A DNA stretch of 64,000 bases from Azolla caroliniana (lineage: Eukaryota; Plantae; Polypodiophyta). A model generated the notes under the pieces. The model saw only the letters and a program-made list of their open reading frames with translations. It ran no database searches and was not told the origin of the DNA. Within the stretch, counting starts at the first letter, position 1, and every line of letters starts with the position of its first letter. A program made the position numbers and the translations under genes. Shown here piece by piece: positions 45,001 to 58,270 of this stretch. Location of the stretch: positions 10,788,001 through 10,852,000 of the forward strand of contig JBHGNT010000002.1 of the NCBI GenBank assembly GCA_043228905.1. The letters are read 5' to 3'.

Positions 45001-46441
45001 CTATATCGGGCAAGAGTAGCCGAATAGTTAGTTGGCTACACGGATGCCGATTGGGTCGGAAATGCCAACGATCGCAGATCAAAATTAGGATATGCATTCT
45101 CGTTGGGAAGTGTAGCGATTGCGTGGAGTAGTAAGAAGCAGGCAACAATGGCACTATCGAGCACGGAGGCCGACTACCGAGGGGTGGCTGTCGCTACATG
45201 CGAAGTCATTTGGCTCAAAAGGCTACATAAGGATCTGCATGTGGAGGTCTCCGCTCTGACAACGATATACTGCGACAACGATATACTGCGAAAACCCTGT
45301 ATTCCATGCCCCGACCAAACAAATTGAGGTGCACTACCATTTTGTCCACGAGCATATCCTCTCTGGTGACGTTGAACTAGTGTATGTTCCGACGGGTCAA
45401 CAGACTGCCGATATTTTCACCAAGCCTCTTGGTCTCAACAAGTTGTAGCAATTCTCGGGTGCGCTTGGGTTGCACCACCTCAACGTGCCAAACTTGAGGG
45501 GGAGACAACCACAAGAACGTGAGAGGAGCAGAAGTGACTGCAATTTCGAGTCGGATGAAGAATTTGATTTCGGGTCGGCTGTAGAAGCCGAAGGAGAAGA
45601 ATGGGGAGGCAACTGTAGGGAAGAGCTGAAGACAACCAAGGTAGGGCGAGATAAAGCCAAGAAGGGTGAAAAGGCCAAGACCAAGACATGGTTGGCTGTG
45701 GTCAAGGGCCTGAAGACAGAAGGCGAATTGGAGATAGCCAATTCAGGCGAAAGCGGAGACGAATCGATTCAATTGAAATGTTCGATTTGAACATGCCGAA
45801 TCAATTGAAGGCCAAACGGAGGAAAGGGCAGCGAAAGAGGTGCCAACATCATGACAACAAGGGAGCTGAGAAAGGCCGCACGAGTAGATAGGCCGACAGA
45901 AAGGGTCGAAGTGCGCGGAATCGAACAAGTCGAGGAGCGCGAGCAAGGCGTGAAGCCATGAGAAGTTGGAACGAAGATCTAGAAGAGTAGGCAGAACCTC
46001 AAGTTGAGCTTGAGGGGGAGTGTTGAGATACAAGCTCAACATTGGGTGCGTAAACCGGTTCATAAACCAGTGCATAAGTTGGGTGCGTAAACCGGGTGTG
46101 CAACGAGAGGTTGTAGTGGTGCGTAAACCGAGAGGCCGTTGGAAAGATATTCCGCGGAGGAATATATTTTGGGCGTTAGTGTAGGGGCTCATTGATGAGC
46201 ATTGAAGTACGTGTCAATACTTTTGCCAGTCCGTATGGACTTGTATAAAAGTGCCCTCTAAGCACATCCTATGTATAGAGTGTTATTTACTTGGAATAGA
46301 ACTGTTGTCTGCTCTCTCTCGGTCTCTCCCTCTTCTTCTTCTTCTTCTCTCTCTGTTTTTTGTGTTTCACCGAACTGTCATATTTCCGAATTGTGTACTC
46401 TGTATCTTTTACGCACACGCTTTTGCACATATTCCTTTTTA
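39031..46441 (+). mobile_element. Copia element G (degenerate) with three LTR copies
   Basis: Partial LTR 39031 to about 39140, full LTRs 39716-40144 and 46021-46441; TSD GTTAA at 39026-39030 and 46442-46446; PBS TGGTGTCAGAGC at 40145; gag-pol fragments 40261-45790 similar to F. Confidence 0.92.
42654..43672. mobile_element. Non-coding foldback insertion in G
   Basis: Ends TGTCACAGACA and TGTCTATGACA; TSD AAGTG/AGGTG; inverted repeat 42654-42849 vs 43177-43371; direct repeat 42891-43174 vs 43374-43657. Confidence 0.8.
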
Positions 46442-47989
46442 GTTAACAAAGTCGAGTGAATTAAAGCTGTTGGACTTTTACATCCTGTAGAAATTCCTAG
46501 TTGAAAAGAGTAGCGTGTTGAAGCTTATGGACGAAACCGGCTTCACCAGATAGTAAAAGAGAGTAAGCACATGTTTAATGGAAGCTTCAAAATAGAAAAT
46601 ACACATGAGAGACTGAGAGAGCAAAACAACTGTTACCCGTAAGAATATACGGGGAGGCATAAGGGTATGTGTAATGATGTGGTTGATGTGTATGTGTAAA
46701 GTAAATGAGTGTGTGAGGATGAGTATGTGTATGGACACATGCACAATTATGTGCATGTGTACAAGAATGTGTAATGGTCTTATTTATAACGGTCATGTAA
46801 CCTTTACATTGGATGTATTATATAAATCCTCTATGGGGTATGTAATGAGATAACCTTTTTTCCCCTCTCACATTTGTGTCATTCTCTATTTTCTTTACTT
46901 CTCTCTTTCTCTCACACGTAACCCCCTTGGGAGAAGGCTTCACCCCCCACCCCAACAACACTTTTGGCACGCCCGAACGACCGACCTCCCTTGAGAAGAG
47001 GTCACTCTCTCCCTCCCTCACTCTCCCTCTCCATCACTGATCTCTATCTCTCCATTTCTCTGTACTTGTCTGTTAGTGTTTGTGTAGGGAGTATGGTGTG
47101 GTGGATGGACTCTTTGTGTGGGAGTTAGCCTGTGATGAAGATATCAACATTCTTCCCTTGAGAAGAAGACTCTCTTCTCCTCCTCTGCTTCTCTGCCTAC
47201 CCCTCTGTCAGTTCTTGCTGCACCATCTCCACAACATCGCCTACACATCCCTTTCCCCATCCCCAATATGTGATGATGATCTTGCTTTCAACCCCTTTCC
47301 TCACTCTCTCTACCTAAAATCCTAGCCACCCGAGAGTTAATCTCTATATCTCCAGCTCTCTTCATCTTTGTGTTTGTGGCTATGTTGTGTGTGTGTGCTG
47401 GTCCCACCATAGAAATGGTGGGCGTTCCATCTAAGAAGTTTTTCCAGTTTTCCCCACAATATAATACCTCATTCTTGCTTCAATCCAAACAGAGCAATTG
47501 AATACGGTGATGGATCTACATCAAGCATTGTTAGGGATCACTATACCTCCCATCGTTGTGTGTGTGATGCTATTGTGCCAATGTTAATAAAGAACATGAT
47601 CACAATCGATTCATAAAGGAGGAATGTGAATCACTATGGAAGCTTGGATCACCTGGTATATGAGGCATGTTCTCCTTGCATAGATGCGCGGAAGGATCAT
47701 CACCACTGACTGGGTTCATCATCTTCACTATCAAAATCAGAGCTTGAAGAAGATGTGTCTTGATGGTGGCATAGGTGGCCATACGATCGAACAAAGGTAT
47801 GACAATCAGATAGATGGCTCCAAGTGGCTAGACAAAGACAATCTGGTAGCCGGACTAAGATGACCCTGAATAGAGATAGCCGCCACAGAGCCACAACCGA
47901 ACCGGCAAAGAGATGGCTAGTTTCCTGTAGAGGGCCTATAAAGGTAGGATCAACGGGCTGAACAGAAGTAGCTGAAAAGCATCGGCTGA

Positions 47990-48210
47990 ACCAGCATGGC
48001 CGAGACGTGTGACCAAGAGTACGGCCGAGAAGCGCGACCAAGACGCGTGGCCGAGAGTACGGCTAAGAAGTGAGGCCAAGACGCATGGCCAAGAGTATGG
48101 CTGAGAAGCGTAGCAAAGACGCGTGGCCGAGAGCACGACCGAGACGCATGACCGAGAGCACGACTGACACGTGTGGTCGAGAGTACGACCGAGATGCGCG
48201 ATCGAGAGTG
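47990..48210 (+). repeat. Degenerate tandem array of about 26-bp units (GACCGAGACGCGTGGCCGAGAGYAC) inside E
   Basis: About 8 diverged copies, each built from two related ~13-bp halves. Confidence 0.75.
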
Positions 48211-48474
48211 TAGTAGAGAAATGACCACGACCAGTTAGTGGAGATAGCCGAACAAATGGCAAATGTCCGACAAAGCCAACAGACGTTGATAGATGGCGTA
48301 CGGCAGCCGACCGGACAGATGGTCCGGTAGCAAGTGGACACATACCCACGGATAGCTGGCTAGACAACAGGCAGTAACGGTCGGCAAACATAAACGACCA
48401 CAGATAGATGGTTGAAGGTAGACACGACTAGTGGCCAGGTGGTACGGCAATCGGCAATCGACGAGCGGCGACGG

Positions 48475-51400
48475 TGTCGCGTTGTTACGCACGTACGTGG
48501 AGAAACGAGGCGGGACCACCGGGGTCTTGAACCGAAGAGCAGGTGATAGAAGGGTAAAGAGAAAGAGAGAGACGCCCGGTCACGTATGAGCAAAGAAACA
48601 CAGGGGGCGCGGCCCGTCAACACAGAAGATGCGAATGGACACAGACATAGGGAGACACAAGTGTTTGTATATTAACGAATATCAAATACACAACAGAGCA
48701 CGCGAGCGGTTACAACTGAACAGGCCGGCGAACAGATGCTGATGCTTGTTCGTCTGCGCACGAAAGGAGAAAAGGGTGGAGGTGCTGCCAGAAGCACACG
48801 GGCGTTCCTCAAAGCAGCGCAAGCCTCCCGAAACCCTGCAAAGAAGAGCGATGGAGAACGAACAAAGGAGAAGCGTTCGGTTACGGTCCGACAACACTTC
48901 GTTCTCCTTAATGCGCGATCCCTTCCTCCCCACGTCTCCCTCTTCTTTATAGCTTCAGGAAGGGAGCCGTCTCCCTCATTTACTTCCTATCTACCGAATC
49001 TAACTACCCCCGGATATGCCTATGTACTTAATTCCCTATTATATACATTAAAGGGCACGCACACGTGAAGAGCCGGTTCACACGCGGTATACACCGATTG
49101 CGCTAAGGGACGGTTTTCTTCACGACATCCGCCCCCACCTAACCGCGCATCCATCGGTATGCGCCAAAATTGTGCTCTGGTTGGAGAAAACCGGCCCGAG
49201 TTCCGGTTCTTCGTCCATCGGTTCGTCCTTTGTTTCGGACTGTTCGTCGTCGCTGTCCAGGCCTCTTAGGTCCGGCTCGCCGTCGTGGCGCTTCTTGAAC
49301 GCTTTGATCCGCTTCCCCGCCACCGGTATCGCCATCCTCGTACCGTCGAGTTCCGCCACGTGATACGTCCCGTTGTCGTTGGCGCTCGTTACCACGTAAG
49401 GCCCGAACCACCGCTTTGCAAACTTCCGTGTTGCCCGGCGCTGGTTATCGAGGTTGCTGTCGTAGACTAGCACCCAGTCGCCTTCCTCGATTTTCTTTGG
49501 TCGGAGCCGGTGCGTTCGGTCGAACCGGGCTTTGTTCCTCATCCTCGCCGTCCGAAGTCTCTCCGCCGCTCGTTCCACGTCCTCTAGCCTCCGCTCGAGC
49601 TGCCGGATACGTGCCGCTAGTAGTTCATCCCGACTCATCTCATCTCTCCAGTCTACTGTCACCCAAGAGGAGATCGTCTGTTCCATCGGCATGATCAGCT
49701 TCTGTCCGAACATGAGCTCTGACGGCATGAACCCGGTTACCGAACTGTGTGTTGTCCGGTCCGCCCACAAGGCATAGGGTAACAGTCGTGGCCAGTTCCC
49801 GACCTGTCCTTCGCACGCCCGGACTAGCGCTTTGACGATCGGTCCGTGCCCGCGCTCCACCTTCCCGTTCGCCTCCGGATTGTATGCTGTGGTGAGCGAG
49901 AGCTTGACCCCTAACCGGTCGAATAGCTCCTCGGCCTCTTCGGTGTCCAACCCCCCGCGGTCAGCCACGATCTTTCCGACGCACCCATACCGGCATATCA
50001 TGTCCTCGATCAGGAACCGACACACGGCCGCGGTTGTTTTGTTCTGCAAGGCTCGGCCTTCCACCTGGTTCATCAGGTCCTCCCGGGCCAGCACCAGATA
50101 TCGCATCTGCCCTACGCCCATCGACATCGTCACCAAATCTACCATCCATTTGAAGTGGATGGCCGGAGGGTATGTAGGGTGAAGCTCGCCCCGATGTCGG
50201 ACTATGGAGTGTATCTGAGAGCTCTCACAAGTCGTCACGAACCGATGCACGTCCCGGTACAGTCCCGGCCACCAATACTTCCCCTTTAGTTTCTCGAATG
50301 TGGCCCACGTTCCACGGTGTCCAGCCCAGGGGCTGTCGTGGTAGGCCTTCAGTAACTCCTCCTGTTCCTCCTTCACCATCACTACTCGGAGCGGGATGCC
50401 GTTTCTCTTCTTTGGGTGCTTCCACAAGTATCCGTCTTGGAGAAAGAATCGGTACGCTTTCTTCCGGATCCAGTTGGCCTCTTCCTTTGTCCATGACGTG
50501 TCCGGCGCCATTGTCCTCAAGAATCCCCCAATCTGCAGCCACTCCCCGTCATACTTGCTCTCGTTGAAATCGTTAAGCGTCGGAGTGCTCCCCCCCTCGG
50601 TTGTTACGTAAGCCGCCTCGAAGAAGTCCACGCCGACTTCCTCGTCCTTCGAAACCATGCCGCCCTCGTCGTCGAATCGCGCCCTCGAAAGCATGTCGGC
50701 CATGGCATTGTCTTTCCCGGAAATGTGTCGTATTTCCGGATCCAGGGACTTGATGTACGCTATCCACCTGAGCATTGCCAGGTCCGGGGTTGCGCATCTG
50801 GAAACCATGCCGAGAATCGGCAGGCAGTCCGTCTAGATAATCACCTCTGTCCCGATCAGATAATCTTTATCGGCCTTCACTGCCGAAACGATACCCTAGA
50901 GTTCGCGTTTAACCTGGGCGTATCCTCGCTGTCGCTCGCTGAGGACCTTCGCACCGAACCGGATTGGGAACCGAATGCCGTCCTCATCTTCTTGGTTGAC
51001 GACCCATCCGATCCCGGTCGGACTTGTATCTACCGTTGTGTAGATGGGAGTGCCTTTCTCGTAGACAGCCTTCCGGAGTGCCGGAGCTGCAGCAAGAGCC
51101 TCCTTCATCTTCTAGACCGACTCCGTATGCTCATCTCGCCACTCGAATCTTCGCCCCTTTTTCAGGAACCCGTATAGCGGTTCGGCAACGTGGGCGTAAT
51201 GCAGGATCCATATGTGGTAGAACGCGCATGCTCCCAAGAACCTCCGTACTTCCGTGACCGAGTTACAGTCGGGCTTCATAACGGAGATGGCTTCCACCTT
51301 AGCCGTAGACGGTTTCCGGCCATACGGTCCGCATAGATGTCCGACGACCATGATCTCCGATTGCCCGAAGGCCGATTTCTCCCCGGAGAAGTGAGCCTCG

Positions 51401-54400
51401 CGTCCTCTAGCCTCTGCAACACCCTCTCGCAGTCGTCAATGTGTGTCGCCACGAATTTCCGGCATCCGTCCGGTTCGATCATTTCGTCCTTTTTCTCCAC
51501 CGGACATCCCTTGATCGGGATGTCGTCCAAGAATGGCATGGTGATGTCCGGGATACAATCCCTCAGCACCTTGTTCATCACATTCACCATGTGGGCCACC
51601 GAGTTTGTCCCTCCTTGTGGCAGGGTACACATCCGCACTAGGCCGAGAGGAGTCCGCATCGTCGTAATGTCTCTGCTCTCTACGGCTAGTTGGAACTGGT
51701 CGTACCCCGAGTATAGATCACCGATCGAGTAGATCGACCTTCTGGCGAAGGCCTCCGCGAACTCGTCTATCGTTGGTCTGATTCCTGCGTTCCGAATGGT
51801 CACTCTGTTGACCGGTTGCAGGACTTGAATGAAGCGCAACGTCCCGTTCTTCATCGGTATGGTAAACCACCGGTTCGAGTACGGGGCACTCGACGGTTCG
51901 AGGATGCCCATATCGACTTTCTGCCTCAATAGCTCCATCAGCTCCGGGATGTGAGCTCTTGGTACCGGAATTGGCTTGAGATTCCACGGCACATGCGGTA
52001 CCGTGAATATCACCATCGGCTTCACGACTGTCGGGTCTACGCACCTGATCTCCTCCGGTGAGAATGCGAAGGCTTTCCCATGCCTTCCGAGCATTCTCCG
52101 AAACCGGTCTTCTTCCACCGGCAGTAGGAACCCGCCCCCACCGATTTTGAGCTCCCGTAGCGTTCTGTCGGTGAAGGCGTGCCCTATGCAGGCCGGATCT
52201 CGTAAACTTGCTGCCCTCCGGTAAGGGTGCCGCGACTGGCCTTACCTTCCGGTCCATAGTCTTGTACTTCGTGTTAACCCGTGCCGTCCGATCCGACTCG
52301 AGACCTCGACTGAAGTCCGCGATGACTTCGTACATCTCTTCTGAACAAACCGGTATCGTCCGGTCCTCTTTAAGGCCCTCTCCAACCACTCTCGCAATAT
52401 TCCCAAGGTATCGTCGAAGGAGACCGCCTCCACGGCTCCGTTGATTTCCTCGTTGGGTCCGAGAACTCCGCACGCCCGAAGTCGCTCTTCTACCCTTGTC
52501 TTTTCTCGGCCTACGACGCCGACTATCGTACACCCTCCGTTGTCGGAGAAACAAAACTTCCTACTTATGGTACAAGGTTTCATCGCTTTCGCCTCTATCG
52601 TACATTTGTGGGGTTTTCTCGGAGTGTCTGGACTGTCGTGACCCCACGCCTTGACAACCCTCTCTAAAAATCCTCTCGGTTCTCGCCACCGAGGGACTCG
52701 CGGTTTCGCTCGTGGTTCGGTCGCACCGTCAGGAACTGTACCGAGTGACGCCCGTCCTGACTCTTGACCCTCGCGTAAGCCGACCCGTTGTCCAGCACCT
52801 TGGTCTCCATTTGCGCTGCCGTAATGTACGGTTCTCCCAGTATGACCGGGTGCAAGGACATCTCCTGCACAAAGAAGTGCTGGTCTATCTCGACGTCGCC
52901 GATCTTGACTCACACGTTTGGGCAAGCCTCGTGTAGTTCCTCGGTGGCGCGCGTCGCTGCCCGTATCTTCCACCCGTGCTTGGTGTTGATCGGCCATTTC
53001 CCCTTCTTGTAGAAGTCCATGGAAATCAGGTTTATTTCCGAACCGTGGTCCACCAGCGCCACCACCGGTTCCTGAACATTTCCGATCTTCACCGGGGTTT
53101 CCGTGGTCGCTCGGGCCCAGTGTGGCCTCGAATAGTGGCTCTCCGCCCAATCGTCTTCCAGCGCCATGTCCTCTATGTGCGCCGTCCGCACCTCCACCGG
53201 CCTTTCCGGTTCTGCCTCCGTCGACAGCCTCTTCCTCTTCACCAAGTCTACGATGGAGTCGTGGAACTCCTTCTTGGCGATTCCGAGCACCTCCCGCAAT
53301 GACAGTTCTACTTTGCTGTCGAGGATTCGTTCTTCCAGGACCTTTCGTAGGTCCGTGGTCCTTTCGATCTCCGTGCCCAAACGGTATCTGCCCTTCTTGT
53401 GGTTATCCCGGGCACTGGACTCACCAGCCTTGTTCCGTTTCGGCCCGAATCGGGTTTCGTATCTCTGTGAGGGTCCGGCCCCTCCGGTTTTACCTACCCG
53501 TTTGTCTTCAATTAGAGCCTCGTAGTTCTGGCAAGCTGCTTCTATGAAACCCGTCTTTTCTTCGACCGGGTCACTCCACCCGGTTACCTCCTGGACCCGC
53601 TTCTCCGCGCGGTCCGCCTCGTCTCTCTTTAGTCGGGCATTGGCGAGGCCTTCCAGCACCATCGGCCAGAACCCGACTTTGCTCTCTTTCCGGGCCTCGC
53701 TGCCTCCGACCCGAATACCGGCTGACGCTGAGTAGTGGACGGTCTCCGCGTGCCGGGCTGCCGCCTCTTCCATCAGCCTTTTCATTCCTCCTCGCCCGTC
53801 GTTTCGGTTCAGGGCCCTCTGGGTATCGCTGGCGTGCACCCGACCTTCCCACAGGTACACTACCCGGCTTCTCAAAGCCTCCTTAAAGTCCCCGCAGTCT
53901 TTCCGGATGTGGCCTACCTCGTCGCACCACATGCACCTACTTCCTGCCGGAGGCCGTCGGTCACGAGCCTGATCGCCGCCTTCCCTCCGAGCTTGGGCGA
54001 TCTGGAGATCCTTTACCGCTCGTGTCAACTCCTCCAAGGCTGTTCCCCCGGACGAGCCTCTGATCACGCCGGTCGAAGACGAACCGGTTTCGAGCCACTC
54101 CCGGGTCTCTTCCCTTCGCGCCTGCGGTATTGGTTCGAGCTTCCTTGTTGCGACAGGTCCCGCCCCGGTCGCCTCTGTATCAGCCCACTCCCACCGTTTG
54201 TCAAAATGGCCGCAGACTCTTTTTACCGCGGCCCAATCGGCCGTTAGCCCGTCTTCGGTTTCCAGTAAGGAGCCAACTTGCCCCCGATCTCATGCGTCAA
54301 CCGATTTGACAAACAGTAGGACACGACTTGTGTCCAGAATGGTCCGACCGAGCACCGAAAGGCGCGCAAAGCGTTCCTCAAACTCCGGGAGGAGTACCGA

Positions 54401-55488
54401 CGCATTTCTTCCTTTGTTGGGGAACTCCACCCACTCCATGAAGCCCCGCTTCGAAAGTCGAAGCGCGTCATCCAGCCCGTATTTCTCCAGGAGCCGTCCT
54501 TCGAACTCCTCCCAGGTCCGGCTCTCCGCCCAGACCTCGAGCACCTCCGCATGGATGCCCGACATCGCCACTCGAGGGAATCCGGCAAGATGCCTCTCTT
54601 CCAAAATATCCCTCATCAACATCTCCGCCCGGTAGGACGCCAAATAACTCGTGGCATCCTTTCCACTGAACCGGCCGATCATACCGACGATCGCCTCAAT
54701 AGCCCTGTCAAGGGCACTGGTGCCCTCGCGCGCGCTCACTATCCGGTCCACGGCCGAAGCCATAGCCTCTGCAAGATCCAACACCCTCATCTTCTGCTCC
54801 TCTGCCGCCTTGTTTCACGTTGGGTTCACCAAATATGTCGCGTTGTTACGCGCGTGCGTGGAGAAACGAGGCGGGACCACCGGGGTCTTGAACCGAAGAG
54901 CAGGTGATAGAAGGGTAAAGAGAAAGAGAGAGACGCCCGGTCACGTATGAGCAAAGAAACATAGGGGGCACGGCCCGTCAACACAGAAGACGTGAATGGA
55001 CATAGAGACAGGGAGACACAAGTATTTGTATATTAACAAATATCAAATACACAACAGAGCACGTGAGTGGTTACAACCGAACAGGCCGACGAACAGATGC
55101 CGATGCCTGTTCGTCTGCGCACGAAAGGAGAAAAGGGTGGAGGTGCTGCCGGAAGCACACGGGCGTTCCTCGAAGCAGCGCGAGCCTCCCGAAACCCTGC
55201 AAAGAAGAGCGATGGAGAACGAACAAAGGAGAAGCGTTCGGTTACGGTCCGACAACACTTCGTCCTCCTTAATGCGCGATCCCTTCCTCCCCGCGTCTCC
55301 CTCTCCTTTATAGCTTTAGGAAGGGAGCCGTCTCCCTCATTTACTTCCTATCTACCGAATCTAACTACCCCCGGATATGCCTATGTACTTAATTCCCTAT
55401 TATATACATTAAAGGGCGCGCACGCGTGAAGAGCCGGTTCACGCGCGCTATACACCGATTGCGCTAAGGGACGGTTTTCTTCACAACA
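48475..55488 (-). mobile_element. Full-length degenerate Ty3/gypsy element K (no chromodomain seen)
   Basis: 653-bp LTRs 48475-49127 and 54836-55488; TSD ACGG; PPT AGGTGGGGGCGGA next to 49127; gag 54290-54790, CCHC, protease LVDHGSEINL, RT FLDD, RNase H, integrase with GPY motif 49120-50808. Confidence 0.95.
54814..54831 (-). promoter_or_regulatory. PBS of element K, tRNA-Trp-like
   Basis: TGGTGAACCCAACGTGAA, near-complementary to the plant tRNA-Trp 3' end as I recall it (TTCACGTCGGGTTCACCA). Confidence 0.8.
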
Positions 55489-56408
55489 ACGGTCAGACAG
55501 ATGGCCGATAGTCGGACTAGATGATAGCCGAACCCATAGAGTCGGGCGACAAATGACAATGCTCGACAACCAGTCGGACAGACCGTAGAGATGGGCACTG
55601 TAAAGAGATGACTGACAGTTGATAGCCGTAAAGAGACGACGTCTAACAAACATTCGACGGACGACGGTTAGCGGACAAAAACTATCGGGAGCCGTCGGAC
55701 AATGTGGGACAGACGTCCGAGAGCCGTCGGATAACTAACGGCCAGTGCTGACCTCTAGACAAAAGATTGCAACACCAAACCGAAGAGAAAGGGAGAAGAA
55801 GAAAAAATCAAGAAAGAAGGACAACGATAGAGGAGAAAAAGAAGGAGAAGTTGTAGAAGCAACGAGACAAAAAAGAAGAAGGAAGCAACAACAGCAGAAA
55901 AGAGAAAGAAGAGAAGAAGCAGAGAAAGACAAGAAGCAATAGAGGAGTACATGGAGACAAAATGAAAGAAAGAAAAAAGATAAGGGCATTTCACAAAACT
56001 TTGAAAGCTCGAGGGTAGAAAAGAGACTTTCAAAAACTCAAAAAGAGAGGGCATAGTGAATGATCGGAGGTCATACGATAAATTTAAAAAAACTTGAGTG
56101 TGAAAATAAAAATTCGAAAGACCAAGGTGTATAAAACATAAAACCCAACTCACATGAATGAACTAGAGAATACACAAACGCACAACATGATTTCATGACC
56201 CATGCCACATTGAACTAGCCGATTGGTGTATGATCCAATCAAGATGTGTGCTGACCGAATGAGAAGGTTCGAGTCAAGCAAAGCTCCGATCGAAGTTATC
56301 GATTGTAGAGCAGTGATCCGGTTGAGGGATTTTCGACCGTTGAGACGACCGATGAAGTTCCGGTCGAGAAGAGTTGCCATGGCGAGTGGGTTCACCGTGC
56401 AATGCATT

Positions 56409-56425
56409 GTCCCACAAGCGTGCCA
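56409..56425 (+). promoter_or_regulatory. tRNA-3'-end-like motif at the PPT position of element E
   Basis: GTCCCACAAGCGTGCCA, then TG, then the 3' LTR; 15 of 17 positions match the motif in D. Confidence 0.78.
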
Positions 56426-57772
56426 TGTGTTACCCGTAAGAATATATGGGGATGCATAAGGGTATGTGTAATGATGTGGTTGATGTGTATGTGTAAAGTA
56501 AATGAGTGTGTGAGGATGAGTATGTGTATGGACACATGCACAATTATGTGCATGTGTACAAGAATGTGTAACGGTCTTATTTATAACGGTCATGTAACCG
56601 TTACATTGGATGTATTATATAAATCCCCTATGGGGTATGTAATGAGATAACCTTTTTTCCCCTCTCACATTTGTGTCATTCTCTACTTTCTTTACTTCTC
56701 TCTTTCTCTCACACGTAACCCCCTTGGGAGGGGGGTGAAGCCATTCTAAGCTTCACCCCCTACCCCAACAACAACATAAACTCAATTCAAAATAACAACT
56801 CTTTGTACATACAAATGTCCTACAGAACACTTTTTATACAAGTCCATAAAGGACTAACAGAAGTACTGACATGTACTACAATGCTCATACGAGCGACTGA
56901 CACTAACTCCAAGGAATATGCCTACGTACTAGGCTCGGACTGTAGCCTCCAACTACCTACTGCTTCTCACTATTTTGGAGTACGATCCGGTCCTCCAATC
57001 CGGCTCTGGCTTATTCAACCAATCCGGGTCTAGTTGAGCTTGCCCGCTCAACACTCCCCATCAAGATCAACTTGAGGTCGGGTCGCTATGTGTGTCCACT
57101 GATCCTTTCCTCCGGCTCCTCCTAGCATCCTCCCACCTTGCTTGCGCTCCTTGACCCGTCCGGTTCCGTTTCCCACGACTCGTCCAGTCTCGCGCACCTC
57201 GACCTTCTCGGTCAGCTTGTGTGCTCATAAGGCCCTTCTCAGCTCCTTCGTTGTTGCGACTTCGGCATTTCTCAACCCGTCGGTTCCTCCGTGTCGGTGT
57301 CGACCTCCGCTGCCTTCTCATTCGTTCGACCTTCTGTTGATTCGGCTCCTCTTCAGAATCGATTGCCTCCGATTCGTTCTAGCTCTTGTCCAAATTGGCT
57401 GTCTCGAATTCGTCTTCAACTTTCAGACCCTTCACCACGTCGGACCACGTCCTCACCATGTTGGACCACATCCCAGTCTTGTTCCGACTTCTTCATGACT
57501 CTACCGCCATCGTCGCTTGTTCTGACTTCTTCAATCGACTCGGCTTCCTTTTTCTTCTTGTCTCCCCTTACTTCAGTTGTTTCTTTCTCTTCGACTGCTT
57601 GTCCTATGCCTTTGCCTATTTTTTTGGTCTATGTTCCGGTTCTCCCCGTATCAGTACCGGTTCTCCCCCTCAAGTGTGGCATGTCGAGATGCTGAAGACC
57701 AAGCATCTCTGAGAAATGCTGCAACCTGTTGGTCCCAAGGGCCTTCGTGAAGATCCAGACATACTGGAGTTT

Positions 57773-58270
57773 TGTTGGCATAAAAGGCCGCCTCCTTCCA
57801 CTTTGTATCCTAGTGTGAACTCGTCCACATAGTTAGGGCTTAGTATATATAAGCAATTACCTAATGTTGTAAAGTGAAAAAAAATCTTCTTGATCATATA
57901 TTGTATATCGAGTATCTGAAAGAGAGAGACATAGAGAACATAATAGAGCTTCCATTAATGCTTCAATCTGTGTATATCTTTGCTTCTCTTTTTGTGTTGT
58001 TTTCTGAGTACAAACTGAGATAGATCCTCATACATTTCTGCATACACTTATACTTCAACTAGTATCAGAGCGATCTACTGCTCAATGGCAACAGACAACA
58101 GAAAAGGGTGAAAGAAAAGACCATGTTAGTAAATCTCACTTCCAAGAGAATCATGACATCAACATCCGGTACAGGAGTTGAAATCTGAAAATTCGACGGC
58201 AAAAATTTTTCCCTATGGAAGGAGATGATGCAGGACGTACTGATATTTCGAAGATAGGTCGAGGCCATTT
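57773..58270 (+). mobile_element. 5' end of another copia element L: short LTR (about 57773-58058), mutated Met PBS and gag start; interrupted by I
   Basis: TGTTGG start, TATA-like run, TAGTATCAGAGC at 58060, then KFDGKNFSLWKEMMQDVL. Confidence 0.75.

Larger units (their letters stand above)
38270..46500 (+). mobile_element. Old gypsy pol fragment (RNase H to integrase zinc finger), pieces 38270-39030 and 46442-46500, host of G and H
   Basis: KPIAFESKKL, QEKELFAVIHALKSWHHYLYG; rejoins across G as CEVNKVE*IKAVGLLHPVEIP. Confidence 0.85.
46631..56770 (+). mobile_element. Non-coding (LARD-like) LTR element E, interrupted by gypsy K
   Basis: LTRs 46631-46957 and 56428-56770; TSD ACAAC at 46626-46630 and 56771-56775; PBS-like TGGCACGCCC at 46965; no recognisable protein. 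Confidence 0.9.
46502..57768 (-). mobile_element. 3' end of copia element H (F/G-related): LTR 46502-46630 plus 56776-57053 (split by E), PPT, Pol extension, RNase H end
   Basis: LTR ends GCTCAACA followed by CTCCCC as in F; minus strand encodes IFTKALG...LGLQHLDMPHLRGR. Confidence 0.8.

Noticed and set aside
47990-48210. CRISPR-like array (also 58355-58577)
   Set aside because: Head-to-tail repeats without unique spacers, no cas genes, eukaryotic context.
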